Below, one piece after another: positions 12,624 to 23,767 of a DNA stretch of 64,000 nucleotides (position 1 is the first letter of the stretch; every line of letters begins with the position of its first letter). The notes under the pieces are model-generated. The model was not told the DNA's origin. It worked only from the letters and a program-made list of their open reading frames with translations, and made no database searches. The stretch comes from Octopus vulgaris. Its lineage: Eukaryota. Position numbers and translations under genes: made by a program. The DNA lies in NCBI GenBank assembly GCA_951406725.2, contig OX597814.1, positions 64,666,001 through 64,730,000 of the forward strand. The letters are read 5' to 3'.

Positions 12624-13916
12624 ATGTCTGGAAAGCAACAAACAAAATTAACAGAATCCGAAAGAATTCTAATGGAAATTTCATCGAAATTATCAACACT
12701 CATCACGATGATTGACACACAATCCTCTATTTTAAAGGAAATAGAAAAACAGTCTACAGACGGAAAACTTGGAAATGAACACATAAACTCTGAAATTAAG
12801 AATTTAGCTGAAATGATACCAACAATTATAAAATCCACAAGAGAAAGCCTACCACAACCTCCTTGGATGTCAGAAATAAACGAAAGAAATCTGGAAAAAG
12901 AGGCATACCGAAAAAGAGAAGAGATACAGAAGACATGGAAAAAACTCCTTAACATAAGAAAACAAAACTTCTGGAAGGCATATAAATGCGAAAAATATGC
13001 TGAAATACATTCGAAATGGATATCTTTAGCGGCACCCATACTTCCTCAGAAGTACCTAATTAAAGAAATTGCAGGAGAACCAGAGGAAGAAACTAAACTT
13101 CGATGGGACCTTAGTTTGATAAAATTCAGGACCGACATCTCCATTACCCTGTCTAAACAATCCCGCTACAAAGCCAAATACGAAGCTATCGATGATCAAA
13201 TCAGAGATGAAATATCCAAACTAACGACCGGCAATATAGCAGAAAAAATGCGAGAACTATGGATCAGAGATATCTCAAAAGAAGAAAGCAGATCAAGAAA
13301 GTTTTGGCAGCGGAAACAATTATTTCTCGACAAATATGCTACAAATTACGGTAAAGACACCAGAACTCCGAGAAATAGCATTAAAACTGGACAACCTCAC
13401 CAACGCAACATACACCAGAACACGTGGCAACATGAACACCCGTTTCACCACGAATCGAAGACGAACTACGGTAAGAACTCTTCCCATTTTGTATGCAAAC
13501 ACCCTAATGCACACAACATGAACAAAAAGCACAAACAAAATAGATATTGTTTTGAACAGACCATTAGCAGTAGAAATAACAGGAGATCATTTTCAAGACC
13601 TCAACAGAGATTACCCACAAGAAACTGGACAAAAAACCGATCTAGATCTAGAAGTAAACCCAGATCATTTCTCCAGGTGGTTAAAAACAATGCTAACAAG
13701 AAATTGAAAAGTAGCATACATAATACCAAAAACAAGACAGAAAACATAACGAAACCAAGTAAAGTACCACAACCAAAACGCAAAATTCATCAAGCAAACA
13801 TCAACAGGAATATAAATCATAACCAGAAAAAAATCCATTTTTTTACGTCAGGACAACAAACACCGGAGAAAGAAAAAATCCAAGAGGAAACATACCCCAA
13901 ACAACTGAACGTATAG
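12624..13916 (+). CDS. PLE ORF1: 430-aa protein with helical/coiled-coil N-terminal half and basic disordered C-terminal half (putative RNA-binding/chaperone)
   Basis: Uninterrupted ORF starting just after the 5' pLTR; E/K/W-rich helical region then R/K/N-rich tail (RSRSRSKPR); function is inference. Confidence 0.85.
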   Translation: MSGKQQTKLTESERILMEISSKLSTLITMIDTQSSILKEIEKQSTDGKLGNEHINSEIKNLAEMIPTIIKSTRESLPQPPWMSEINERNLEKEAYRKREEIQKTWKKLLNIRKQNFWKAYKCEKYAEIHSKWISLAAPILPQKYLIKEIAGEPEEETKLRWDLSLIKFRTDISITLSKQSRYKAKYEAIDDQIRDEISKLTTGNIAEKMRELWIRDISKEESRSRKFWQRKQLFLDKYATNYGKDTRTPRNSIKTGQPHQRNIHQNTWQHEHPFHHESKTNYGKNSSHFVCKHPNAHNMNKKHKQNRYCFEQTISSRNNRRSFSRPQQRLPTRNWTKNRSRSRSKPRSFLQVVKNNANKKLKSSIHNTKNKTENITKPSKVPQPKRKIHQANINRNINHNQKKIHFFTSGQQTPEKEKIQEETYPKQLNV

Positions 13917-16150
13917 ATCCTAAAATAATTAATTTATCAAAAAGAGATCTTGACAATGATGAAATCCAACTTCTGTCAAAAGGACTGAAATTCACACCTA
14001 CACCAACAGCCAACCACCAAGAATTAAAGGAGGATATCCAAAAATTCTGTCGAAAATTACGACTTGTAGAATTCTTCGCTAACAAAAGTAATGAGATTGA
14101 TGAATCCCTAGTAAGGAATAAATCAAATTTCACCCCACCAAAAGGAAGAAATAACTACCTTGACCAATACATTGATATCCTGTCTAAATTTCCCCTTAGA
14201 CGCAATACCAATGTTAGGCCAAACATTAGCAAATCAGAGATGTCTGCATGTAAACGTATACAAAACGATCAAACAATAATAATTAAACAAGCAGATAAAG
14301 GTGGTGCAATTGTTATTATGGATACCGAATACTATAAGGATTTGGTTGAAGACCAACTGAAGGATACAACCTTCTATTGTGAAATACCCGCAAATATAGA
14401 CCACCACATCATGAAAAAGATCAACAACCTGATTTCAACACACCACAACTCACTTACGGATAATGAAAAAGACTACATCACCAATTTTGAACCAAAACCC
14501 AGCAACTTCTACGGCTTACCAAAAATACACAAATCAAAAAACATTCAACAGGCAGTAAAAGAACAAGAAAGTGAGTACATAAAATTATTACATCCAAAAG
14601 ACCTAAAACTTAGACCTATTATAGCTGGTCCAGCATGCCCTACACACCGTCTAAGCAATTTTATTGACATTGTTTTGAAACCACTATGTACTTACATACC
14701 AAGTTTCATCAGGGATGACATCGACTTCCTGTCCCATCTTCCCAAAACAACAGAAACAAATTCAGTTTTGCTAAGTTTTGATGTGGTAAGCCTCTACACC
14801 AATATTCCACACGATTTAGGAATAAAGGCGATTAAATACTGGTTAGAAAAACATAGAGAAGTGATTCCCAGCAGATTCACAGTGCCATTTATATTAGACA
14901 CAGTCAAACTTATTCTAGAAAATAACACATTCTTCTTCAATGGAAAGAATTACATCCAAATTAGAGGCACGGCGATGGGAACGAGGTTTGCTCCCGTTTA
15001 CGCCAACTCTGTAATGGGATACTTAGAAGAACAACTCTACCAAGAGGTGGAGGTAAACTATGGCACTGGATTTAGAAAGTATATTGAAAAGGCATGGAAG
15101 AGATACCTAGACGACTGTTTCATAATCTGGACAGAATCTCTAAATACTCTGGAAGAGTTCAATATCCTCCTGAACAACCTACACCCATCTCTCAAATTTA
15201 CAAAGGAGATGAGTAGTACCAAATTACCATTCCTGGATATAATGGTAATTAAAAAAGACACCACCATCACCACAGATATATACTATAAACACACAGACAC
15301 ACATCAATACCTAAATTTTAAGTCGTGCCATCCACCACATACAAAACGTAACATCCCATACTGCCTAGCCAGAAGAATTTGTACTATTGTAGAAGATGCA
15401 AATATCAGGAACAAACGCCTAATAGAACTAAGAGAATTTTTGCTCAAACAAAAATACCCATCTCTACTTATAGAAAATGGCATACAGCGGGCTATAAAAA
15501 TACCTATACAACAACTTAGGACAACCCAAGGAAGAGGAAAACAAGAACAAGTCATACCATTCATAGTGACACACAACCCATGTCACCAGAATATCTTCAA
15601 CATTGCCAAAGCAAACCTTCCAATCATTGCCCAAAGTAATGAATTAAAAGACATAATCAAGGATCGAGCTATGGTGCTTAGTAAAAGACAGCCTAAAAAC
15701 TTGAAAACATTACTAACAAAGGCAAAATTTGACCTCAGCAACAAAGACCAAACATTCACGGTATCTAAATGCAATGATAGCCGATGTGGCACATGCCAAT
15801 TCATACATACCGGTCAATATATAAACACAAAAACCGGGAAAATATTCACAAACGCGAATATGAACTGCAAAAGCAGAAATTTAATTTACTGCATCAAATG
15901 CCCAAATTGTGAAGAAATATATGTAGGTCAGACGGGAAACGCACTATTAGAACGCTCACGTGTACACCGGCAACAGATTAGAGACCCAGAGGTCCGTCAG
16001 ATACCTTTGAGTAACCACCTAGCAACATGTGGTCGGAAAATATATATAATATTTCCATTCTACAAATTACACAGCCCAAGTGAAATCGAGAGGAAAATCA
16101 GAGAAAAGAATTTTATTGATAAATTCGAACCCAAACTAAATAAGCAATAA
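13823..16150 (+). CDS. PLE ORF2: reverse transcriptase + Cys-rich linker + GIY-YIG endonuclease; frame is open from 13823, first ATG only at 14240
   Basis: Upstream of the ATG the frame encodes IINLS..LLSKGLKFTPTP; then ADKGG, YGLPKIHK..LRPII, SFDVVSLYTNIP, GTAMGT, RYLDDCF, LPFLDI, CNDSRCGTC, LIYCIKCPNCEEIYVGQT, REKNFI..PKLN. Confidence 0.95.
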   Translation, partial: PEKNPFFYVRTTNTGERKNPRGNIPQTTERIDPKIINLSKRDLDNDEIQLLSKGLKFTPTPTANHQELKEDIQKFCRKLRLVEFFANKSNEIDESLVRNKSNFTPPKGRNNYLDQYIDILSKFPLRRNTNVRPNISKSEMSACKRIQNDQTIIIKQADKGGAIVIMDTEYYKDLVEDQLKDTTFYCEIPANIDHHIMKKINNLISTHHNSLTDNEKDYITNFEPKPSNFYGLPKIHKSKNIQQAVKEQESEYIKLLHPKDLKLRPIIAGPACPTHRLSNFIDIVLKPLCTYIPSFIRDDIDFLSHLPKTTETNSVLLSFDVVSLYTNIPHDLGIKAIKYWLEKHREVIPSRFTVPFILDTVKLILENNTFFFNGKNYIQIRGTAMGTRFAPVYANSVMGYLEEQLYQEVEVNYGTGFRKYIEKAWKRYLDDCFIIWTESLNTLEEFNILLNNLHPSLKFTKEMSSTKLPFLDIMVIKKDTTITTDIYYKHTDTHQYLNFKSCHPPHTKRNIPYCLARRICTIVEDANIRNKRLIELREFLLKQKYPSLLIENGIQRAIKIPIQQLRTTQGRGKQEQVIPFIVTHNPCHQNIFNIAKANLPIIAQSNELKDIIKDRAMVLSKRQPKNLKTLLTKAKFDLSNKDQTFTVSKCNDSRCGTCQFIHTGQYINTKTGKIFTNANMNCKSRNLIYCIKCPNCEEIYVGQTGNALLERSRVHRQQIRDPEVRQIPLSNHLATCGRKIYIIFPFYKLHSPSEIERKIREKNFIDKFEPKLNKQ
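13838..13844 (+). promoter_or_regulatory. Candidate -1 ribosomal frameshift slippery heptamer U_UUU_UUU
   Basis: ORF1 codons CAT TTT TTT ACG; ORF2 is the -1 frame and opens after TAA at 13820-13822, 15 nt upstream. Confidence 0.6.
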
Positions 16151-16467
16151 TAATAATACTTAGAGGTATTACTTCCACTGCTACGACCATGACCACTAAC
16201 AACAACAACAATACTAAAGGTGATCAAGACGAAGATAGCAGGAAAATTATCTTATTTAGGGTTAAAAGTTCTATTGCCACCACCATCACCGCTAGCAACA
16301 ATAATTAAGGTGCTGACAATGATGATGATGACAATTGAAATATAAAAATATAAAAATCTCTGACAAAGGATATTTACAACATTTCTAAAAATAACCCAAC
16401 AATTGCTGCTTCGGCCAGGGTCAAGATACAGGACTCTTGACCTGTCCAACAAAGCGTGATGCCTAAA

Positions 16468-16581
16468 CCAATCAGCTCAACCAACCAATCAGCTTAAGTA
16501 ATTGAGTGATACTACACACTGATTGGTCAGAATACAGTTTGCAAAACCTAGCACTCTGGAGCCTACCCAGCTGTATTTATA
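16468..16581 (+). promoter_or_regulatory. Putative internal PLE promoter in the 3' region (three CCAAT boxes plus TATA-like box)
   Basis: CCAAT 16468 and 16485, ATTGG 16522, TATTTATA 16574-16581, about 45 bp upstream of the pLTR repeat start. Confidence 0.5.
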
Positions 16582-16624
16582 GCACAGAATCACTCATCTT
16601 GCTACAGTCAAAAATTGTGAAGCA

Positions 16625-16818
16625 TGACTGTCAACACTACTACATGAACCCGAAGATTGCAGAATTCAATGCATGAAAGTACTAGTTCAATCAGAATGAA
16701 TATTTAACATTCTACTATTTCATTTTATTTTATTCAATTATAATATATTATCTTATAATATATCATTATAAGATTGTAAATAAAACGTGAAAATCAGACA
16801 AGGTTGGAATTCTTTTTA

Positions 16819-16825
<7 letters not shown>
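16625..16825 (+). repeat. 3' pseudo-LTR
   Basis: Direct repeat of 12354-12554, ends in (TA)n. Confidence 0.9.
16645..16689 (+). ncRNA. Minimal type I hammerhead ribozyme (3' pLTR copy)
   Basis: Identical to 12374-12418. Confidence 0.75.
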
Positions 16826-16853
<28 letters not shown>

Positions 16854-17278
16854 AGACAGAGAAAGAGACAGACAGACTGAGAGAGAGAGAGGGAGAGAGA
16901 GGGGAGAGAAGGAGAGAGAGGGAGAGAGAGGGGAGAGAAGAAGAGAGAGGGGGAGAGAGTGAGGGAGAGAGAGGGGGAGAGGGGGAGAGAGAGGGAGAGA
17001 GAGAGGGGGAGAGAGAAAAGCGGAGTGGATTTTGATTGATGTCTTTGTTATGTTTAATACTGTTGCTATTCATTGTTAAAAATGACTGCTCTTGATTTTA
17101 AATATGTGAGAAAAACATTCTTGTTAACCTTGTTTTACACACTGTGTCTGTCGTTCTCTTTCTCTCCCATGTGTATATATACATAAATGCATACGTAGTG
17201 TGGTAAGTTTAGATGTTTGTATTAGACGTACAACGAAAGGATAGACCGGGAGAGTCGAGGAGGAGAGTGAGAGAGAGA

Positions 17279-17324
<46 letters not shown>

Positions 17325-17514
17325 GAGAGAAAGAGAGAGAAGAATTTACTACAGTACAGGACTGGTATTTTATTTATAGACACCGAAAAGATGAAATGCA
17401 CAGCTGAATTCAGCGAGATTTCATCACAAAACACACAGTCCCGAAGAATACTGCAAGGTATTCTCTTCAGCAGTCTAGTGATTCTGCCAAATGAACGCTT
17501 CATAAACAGATAGC

Positions 17515-17810
17515 CGGCACTCCGTCAGTTACGGCAACGAGTGATCGAGTTGATCCGAAGAACGAAATAGCCTGCTCATTAAATTAACGGGCAAGTAGAT
17601 GAGTGCGCTACAAACACCCATAATCTTTACATAGTTCTCAGAGTGTTACAAGACTGACTTTTTAAAACACTGGTACAACTCATTATTGCCAGCGAATGGA
17701 CTGGAACAACGTAAAAAAAAAAAAAAAATGGGCCTTTCTCAAGGACACAAGGCACCGTTGAGAATTGAATACACTAAGCAGTAAGCCACGAATAAAAAGA
17801 TTAACATAGC
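17515..17810 (-). mobile_element. SINE family C, decayed
   Basis: Homologous to 58615-58930 (ctccgtc.gttacg..aacg.aa.agc.tgctc..aaattaacg..ctcaaggacacaa). Confidence 0.7.
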
Positions 17811-17909
17811 CATATATGCCGTTATATGTACGGACTGGCGACACACACACACACACACACACATACATACACACACACACATACACATACACAAACATAC
17901 ATTAGTTAT

Positions 17910-18365
17910 AACAAATTAAAAAGGGTGGCTTATTAGCAATTAGAACCTGACGGCAAAATTAACAGCGGTCAGAAAAGTGACAGAGGGTACTGACTAAAAT
18001 AACTCAAAAGCCCCAAAAGCACTGAACTTAATGACTGACAAAGGAAAGTAAGTCTCCAGCGTACATAGTCGCATAGCGATTTCGGATTTTGATGTAGACC
18101 CTCTTAATCCTCATAAGCGACACTAAACTACCTCTGCCAGGTCGTTTATAAGAAAAACCGTTGAAAACGTGCTGATTTTCAAAATGGTAAATGTGTAAAC
18201 AACAAATTAAAAAGGGGTGGTTTATTAGCAATTAGAACCTAAAAGCAAGATTAATAGAGGTCAGAAAAGTGACAAAGGGTACTCATTAGCACCCCTTTTG
18301 CTATAAATAAGAGTTAAAATAACTCAAAAGCTACAAAAGCACTGAAATTAATGATTGATAAAAGG
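17910..18365 (-). mobile_element. ORF-less partial-tandem element (~291-nt period) containing a decayed hammerhead; PLE-derived or retrozyme-like
   Basis: Direct repeats 17910-18045 and 18201-18365; minus strand 18068-18121 reads gtcg-CTTATGA-ggatt..aatcc-GAAA-tcgctatg-cgac. Confidence 0.55.
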
Positions 18366-18672
18366 AGAGCTATTTTGAGTATACAGATACCTCATAAAAT
18401 GGATGTTAACATCCTAGCTTCGCTGATTTAATCTTACCGCTTTTCGTTTATGATGTGATTTTTATATGTGTCCAATACTGACCCTGAGCAAATATTTAAC
18501 TCGATATTTCAAGAGGCAATTTTTATTTTTTAATTTATTAATTTGTAATTGATTGAGTTAAGTATGGAAACAAATTGTAAGTTACAGATGATTTTGATAA
18601 TATGTAAATAAATTGAATTTTATCAGTTGAAGCTCTCCATTTTCTCCTTATAATATATGCTGCACGCAAGTT

Positions 18673-18719
18673 TGTCAGTGAACAGATCGCGGTTTCAAAG
18701 CGACGAAAATATTTTGATG
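18673..18719 (+). ncRNA. Minimal hammerhead with G3-C8 swapped core in a PLE pLTR-like fragment (about 18655-18850) ending at (TA)n
   Basis: tgtca-GTGAACA-gatcgc ggtttcaaa gcgac-GAAA-atat-TT-tgatg; homologous to 46307-46353. Confidence 0.65.
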
Positions 18720-18854
18720 AATTAAGTTTAAATGTTGAGGTGTTTCTAACGGCATTTGTGAGCTTTTAAAAGGCTTATGAACTTCCTCGCTGCAATTGTC
18801 TTTGTTTCTGCACACGATCTTGGATCAAGTCACTTGCTATTTAAGTACATCTCC

Positions 18855-18897
<43 letters not shown>

Positions 18898-19793
18898 TGT
18901 GTGTATGTGTGTATGTGTATGTATGTATATATGTGTGTGTATGTATGTATATATGTATGCATGTATGTGTGCATTTGCGCGTTAAAACATATGTCTATAC
19001 AGATATACACGCATACATTTTCACGTCCATGCATATATATATATATATACATATATAGAATTATATACATGATTGCATGTATGAATACAGGTTTTTCACA
19101 CACAACAAACATATAAGCGTGCGCGCACACACACAGATGCATACACATTAAAATATATACACATATACATGCAAATACATACAAACTTACATACGTGTGT
19201 ATGAGCTAATGAATGTATCGTATATATATATATATATATATATACTCATAAATATATATACTTACATAACAACGTATCAATGTGTGTTCATGTTGCCTCT
19301 CATTCACAAATTCCCGATTCAGGAGCTTTCTAATTACCCTCTGTCACTGCAATTAATAACGCCATCAGTCATCTACTTAAATTTGCCTTTCATCTCGGCT
19401 ATCTGATTCATTTAAAAATTCTATTCACTTGTTGTTATTGTTGTTCTTGTTGTGTTCTTTGTGAAAATGGTTATATTTTCCCGTACTTTGAAATATCTTC
19501 ATGTTGATTGATGGAGATGTGTTCTTAGTTTGCTTTCACTTTAAGGGTATAATCTAAGAGTCTGTGTTTATCTCCCTAGTGCGAGCGTGTGTGTGTGTGT
19601 GTGTGTGTGCTTGTGTGCGTGTATGCATGTATGTGGGGGGAGGGAGGGGAAGAGGTAACAGTAGGTGGTGATGGGTGGTCATGTTAAAACACGACAGATA
19701 AAATGTGAAGCTGAAGAGAATGCCAATATATATATGTATAGATATATATGCATAAATATCATATATGTATATATAATATATATATGTATGTGT

Positions 19794-19826
<33 letters not shown>

Positions 19827-21738
19827 CTCACACACAGATTCATATCATAGATAGGTAGGTAGATAGATACATACATACATACATACATACATACATACAG
19901 ATACATGCATGCATACATACATACATACATACATACATACATACATACATACATACATACATACATACATACATACATACATACATACATACATACATAC
20001 ATACATACATCTGATTGGTTGAATGTTTGTAATACGGAAAATTATTCCAACACCACATTGCTGAATACATACACATCTAGATGAACATCATGAATACAAT
20101 TGTGAAACTATTAAGAGAACACATCAATGGTCAAAATATTAACATGAAATATTTTACAGGAAAGCGATATAAATATATAAATAACTAAATATACGGGTAC
20201 GTGTCAAATGTATATTTTTGTATCAGTATACGAATATGCCTGCGCATTATTATTCTCTATGTGTCTGTGTAATCTGTATGAGTGCATGTGCGGCTGCGTG
20301 AGTCAGTGCGGATGAGGTAAAGGAAGAAAGAGGATGAAAGAAAGAACATGATATTTGGTATTAATTTGGATAATGAAGTTTATTACTCAAATACTTGTCC
20401 AAGATGGACGAACTGCTCTGTAACAATTCCCGGGGTTACTTTTTGTTTTTTGTTTTATGTATTACGCCTAAATGACGTCAGGTGTTGTTCTTTCAAAAAT
20501 ATATATCTGACAGCAAGGAAAAGTACAATAGTGTCGAGAATACGCAAGTTTGTGTATGCTCACGTGTGTGTGCGTGTTTATATACACACACACATACTCA
20601 TACACCCACACATATATTCATATGTATATCTCTGTCAGTATCCATCTCTTTATTGATATTTATTCCCTCTCACACACAAATGTATGTGTATGTATGTGTA
20701 TGTACATGTGCGTGTGTGTGTGTTTATGCGCGCGCGTGTGTGTATGTATCTGTGTGTGAGTGAGTGTGTGTGTGTGTGTGTATGTGTGTTTGTGTGTGTG
20801 TGTGTGTCTGTCTGTGTGTTTGCATGTGTATACTCACATTACATCTGTTAGTTTAGCGTGTGTCTGTTAGTGTATCGAATGTCTATAGTTCCCCTGTGTA
20901 AATACGGAAGTGTCGCAAAAACATATTAGAAAACAGATATCAAAGTCATTAATTATCACTGCTGTCAGGACAACTATCATACGGGTAGATTTACTTTAAA
21001 CTCAGCATACGAAAATGTATATGTATTTAATAAGTGTGGGAGAAAGAATACTTAAGTTACAAATTCTTACGCACGGAATACTGATGCGGTTTCGATTCCA
21101 ATTAGGAACAGTTTTAATTCCGCTGTGCAAGGCAAAACTATGATACTATATAATCTAATTTTTCATATCCTTTTATGTATTAATGCCTCAACCCTTAAGA
21201 AATAAAATAACGTTAATTTTAAACCATATAATGCCTCCTTCAGATTCTATAAACTAACAGCTGCAATGGTTATTCCATTTGGATCAGATTATTCAAAACA
21301 GATATATTTCAAGTTTATTTAGGATTCGATTGATAAATTGAACGGAAATCTGTTTGTCAAAATTGGATTGGATAATGACTTAATACGTATATTGAAACAA
21401 AGGGAAACGTGTAAATACAAAGAACAAATTAATGAAAAGCTGATTTAAATTTTGAACTTATATTTATCCTGTCTTTGGTTGGTGCAATATCGTTTGCTTT
21501 AACATATTTTTTCTTGATTTGTAACTCGTTTGATCTGATAATTTTTAACTATTATTACCCCTCACTCGATTGACTCACAGCATTTTGATGCTCACAACAC
21601 TAAATATGTTAGCACCAATATGACTTACGAATATAATGAGTTAAACTCTTTCTTATTGCATGCTAGGTTAAATATATTTGTAGAGTCCTGCTCAAAAATA
21701 CCTGGAAATTTTTATAGTATTTAATATTTTAGATTCAT

Positions 21739-22345
21739 AAGGCGGCGAGCTGGCAGAATCGTTAGCACGCCGGGCGAAATGCTTAGCAGTATTTCGTCTA
21801 TCGCTACGCTCTGAGTTCAAATTCCGCCGAGGTCGACTTTGCCTTTCATCCTTTCGGGGTCGATTAAATAAGTACCAGTTACGCACTGGGGTCGATGTAA
21901 TTGACTTAATCCGTTTGTCTGTCCTTGTTTGTCTCCTCTGTATGTAGCCCCTTGTGGGCAGTAAAGAAATAGGTATTTCGTCTGCCCATACGTTCTGAGT
22001 TCAAATTCCGCCGAGGTCAACTTTGCTGTTCATCCTTTCGGAGTCGATAAATTAAGTACCAGTTGCGTACTGGGGTCGATCCAATCTACTGGCCCCTCCC
22101 CTCAAAATTTCGGGCCTTGTGCCTAGAGTAGAAAAGAATATTTTAGACACATAAAACGGTGAGTTGGCAGAGTCGTTTGCATGCTAGGCAAAAATTTTAG
22201 CGGCATTTCGTCTGTCTTTATGTTCTGAATTCAAATTCCGCCCAGGTCGATAAAGTAAGTATCAGTTGAGCATTGGTGTCGATGTCACCGACTTAGCACC
22301 CCCCCCCCGAAATTGCTAACCTTGTGGTAACATTTGAAACCAATA
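21739..22345 (+). mobile_element. Cluster of three tandem/nested SINE family B copies
   Basis: Repeated aaggcggcgagctggcagaatcgttagcacgccgggcgaaatgc..gttcaaattccgccgaggtc. Confidence 0.85.
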
Positions 22346-22539
22346 TTTTAGATTAATGAAAACACTGTATGTTAGTGGTAAGTTCCTTGAGGCACAATTT
22401 TTATTTTAGTCCCTTTGTTTCACTTATACGTTGCATTATGTGCTTCCAGTCACAGTCTATAGTGCAAAATTAGTCTGCACTTGACTCTACATAGCGGGAT
22501 CAGTCTTCTCAGGTAGCTTGCCCATGATATTTTTCAGAG

Positions 22540-23245
22540 AGACAGTAACCAGTGGTAGTTTCATGTATTCTTGAGTCTTTCCCAATAGCTTATATGCTGC
22601 ATAGAGGCTATCTTCTTCGTGTAGCTTCGTTGGATTGCCTCAAGTTCTGAGATTAATTTGACACTAGTTGGTGACCACAGCTAAGAGCAATAGTCAAAGT
22701 GGCTTAGGACAAGTGTCCTCCAGAGGACCATCATGGTTTCCTGATCTCTTATTCTAAAAGTTCTAGGAATCTATCCGGTCAGCCGCCTGCATTTCATTGC
22801 CAATTCAGCAACATGCACATGAAAGGATGCATTATTACTAATGTAAATGCCCAGGTCTCGCACTGACTGTGCCTCGGGGATTGCAATCCCTCCAGGTCCA
22901 GTGTATTTAATGTGTATTGACTTTAGTTTTGCATGCTGATAGCACAAGGCTTGAAACTTTTCAGCATTAAACTGCATGCTATTATTTTCAGCCCGCTTAT
23001 ATATTTCATCCAGCTCACATTGCAGGTGAATAGTGTCTTCAGGTTCCTGTATTACGTGTGAGACTTTTGTATCATCTGCATAACCTGTGATCGTGGCTCT
23101 CTGTGTGGTTGAGGGCATGTCTGAGAGGGCTATTATGAACAGTAGTGGTCCCAAAACAGTGCCTTGCGGAACACAACTGACTATTTGCATATGAACAATA
23201 GTGGTCCCAAAACAGAGCATTGCGGAAGACAGCTCACTATTTGCG
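22540..23245 (-). mobile_element. CR1/L2-like LINE RT fragment
   Basis: ORF 22771-23220: VPQGTVLGPLLFII..YADDTK..MQFNAEKFQ..VRDLGI; short tandem duplication at its 5' end. Confidence 0.85.
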
Positions 23246-23358
23246 TGACATTGGTTTGTTCATACTTTTTAAAATCATGTTTTGTGCTTTTGAAAATCCG
23301 ATATAATTTCATCCTTCAGTCCAATCTATCTCTCTATCTCTCTCTCTCTCTCTCTGTG

Positions 23359-23430
<72 letters not shown>

Positions 23431-23685
23431 GTTGTCTGTCTATCTATCTCTTTCTACATCTCTTTCTCCCTCTGCATTTATTTCTATCTCTCTCCCTCTT
23501 GTATTCATGATTGTCTGTCGCTCTCCCGGAATATCTTCCCTCTTTCATTTCCTCTGTCTTCATCTTCATCACGCACATACATCTTCTCTTATTCGCTCTC
23601 TCTCCTTTGATTCACTGCAATCATACACACACAGTTATTTAATTTCCTCATCTTCTATACTGCAGGATAGGATGGACACGAAAAG

Positions 23686-23767
<82 letters not shown>

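Larger units (their letters stand above)
10773..16825 (+). mobile_element. Intact Penelope-like retroelement (Naiad/Neptune-type, C-terminal GIY-YIG) with inverted 5' segment and tandem pLTRs, inserted in (TA)n
   Basis: RT + GIY-YIG ORF; direct repeat 12354-12554 = 16625-16825; inverted copy 10773-12355; (TA)n at both flanks (about 10730-10772 and 16822-16850). Confidence 0.95.

Noticed and set aside
13823-16150. Selenocysteine recoding, as reported for some Naiad PLEs
   Set aside because: No in-frame TGA in ORF2; the Cys motifs use normal codons.
14240-16150. ORF-track start at ATG 14240 as the true protein start
   Set aside because: The frame is open and carries a conserved PLE motif for 139 codons upstream of this ATG.
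21739-22345. CRISPR-like or tRNA-gene array
   Set aside because: Tandem SINE copies in eukaryotic DNA; no constant repeat-spacer period and no complete cloverleaf.
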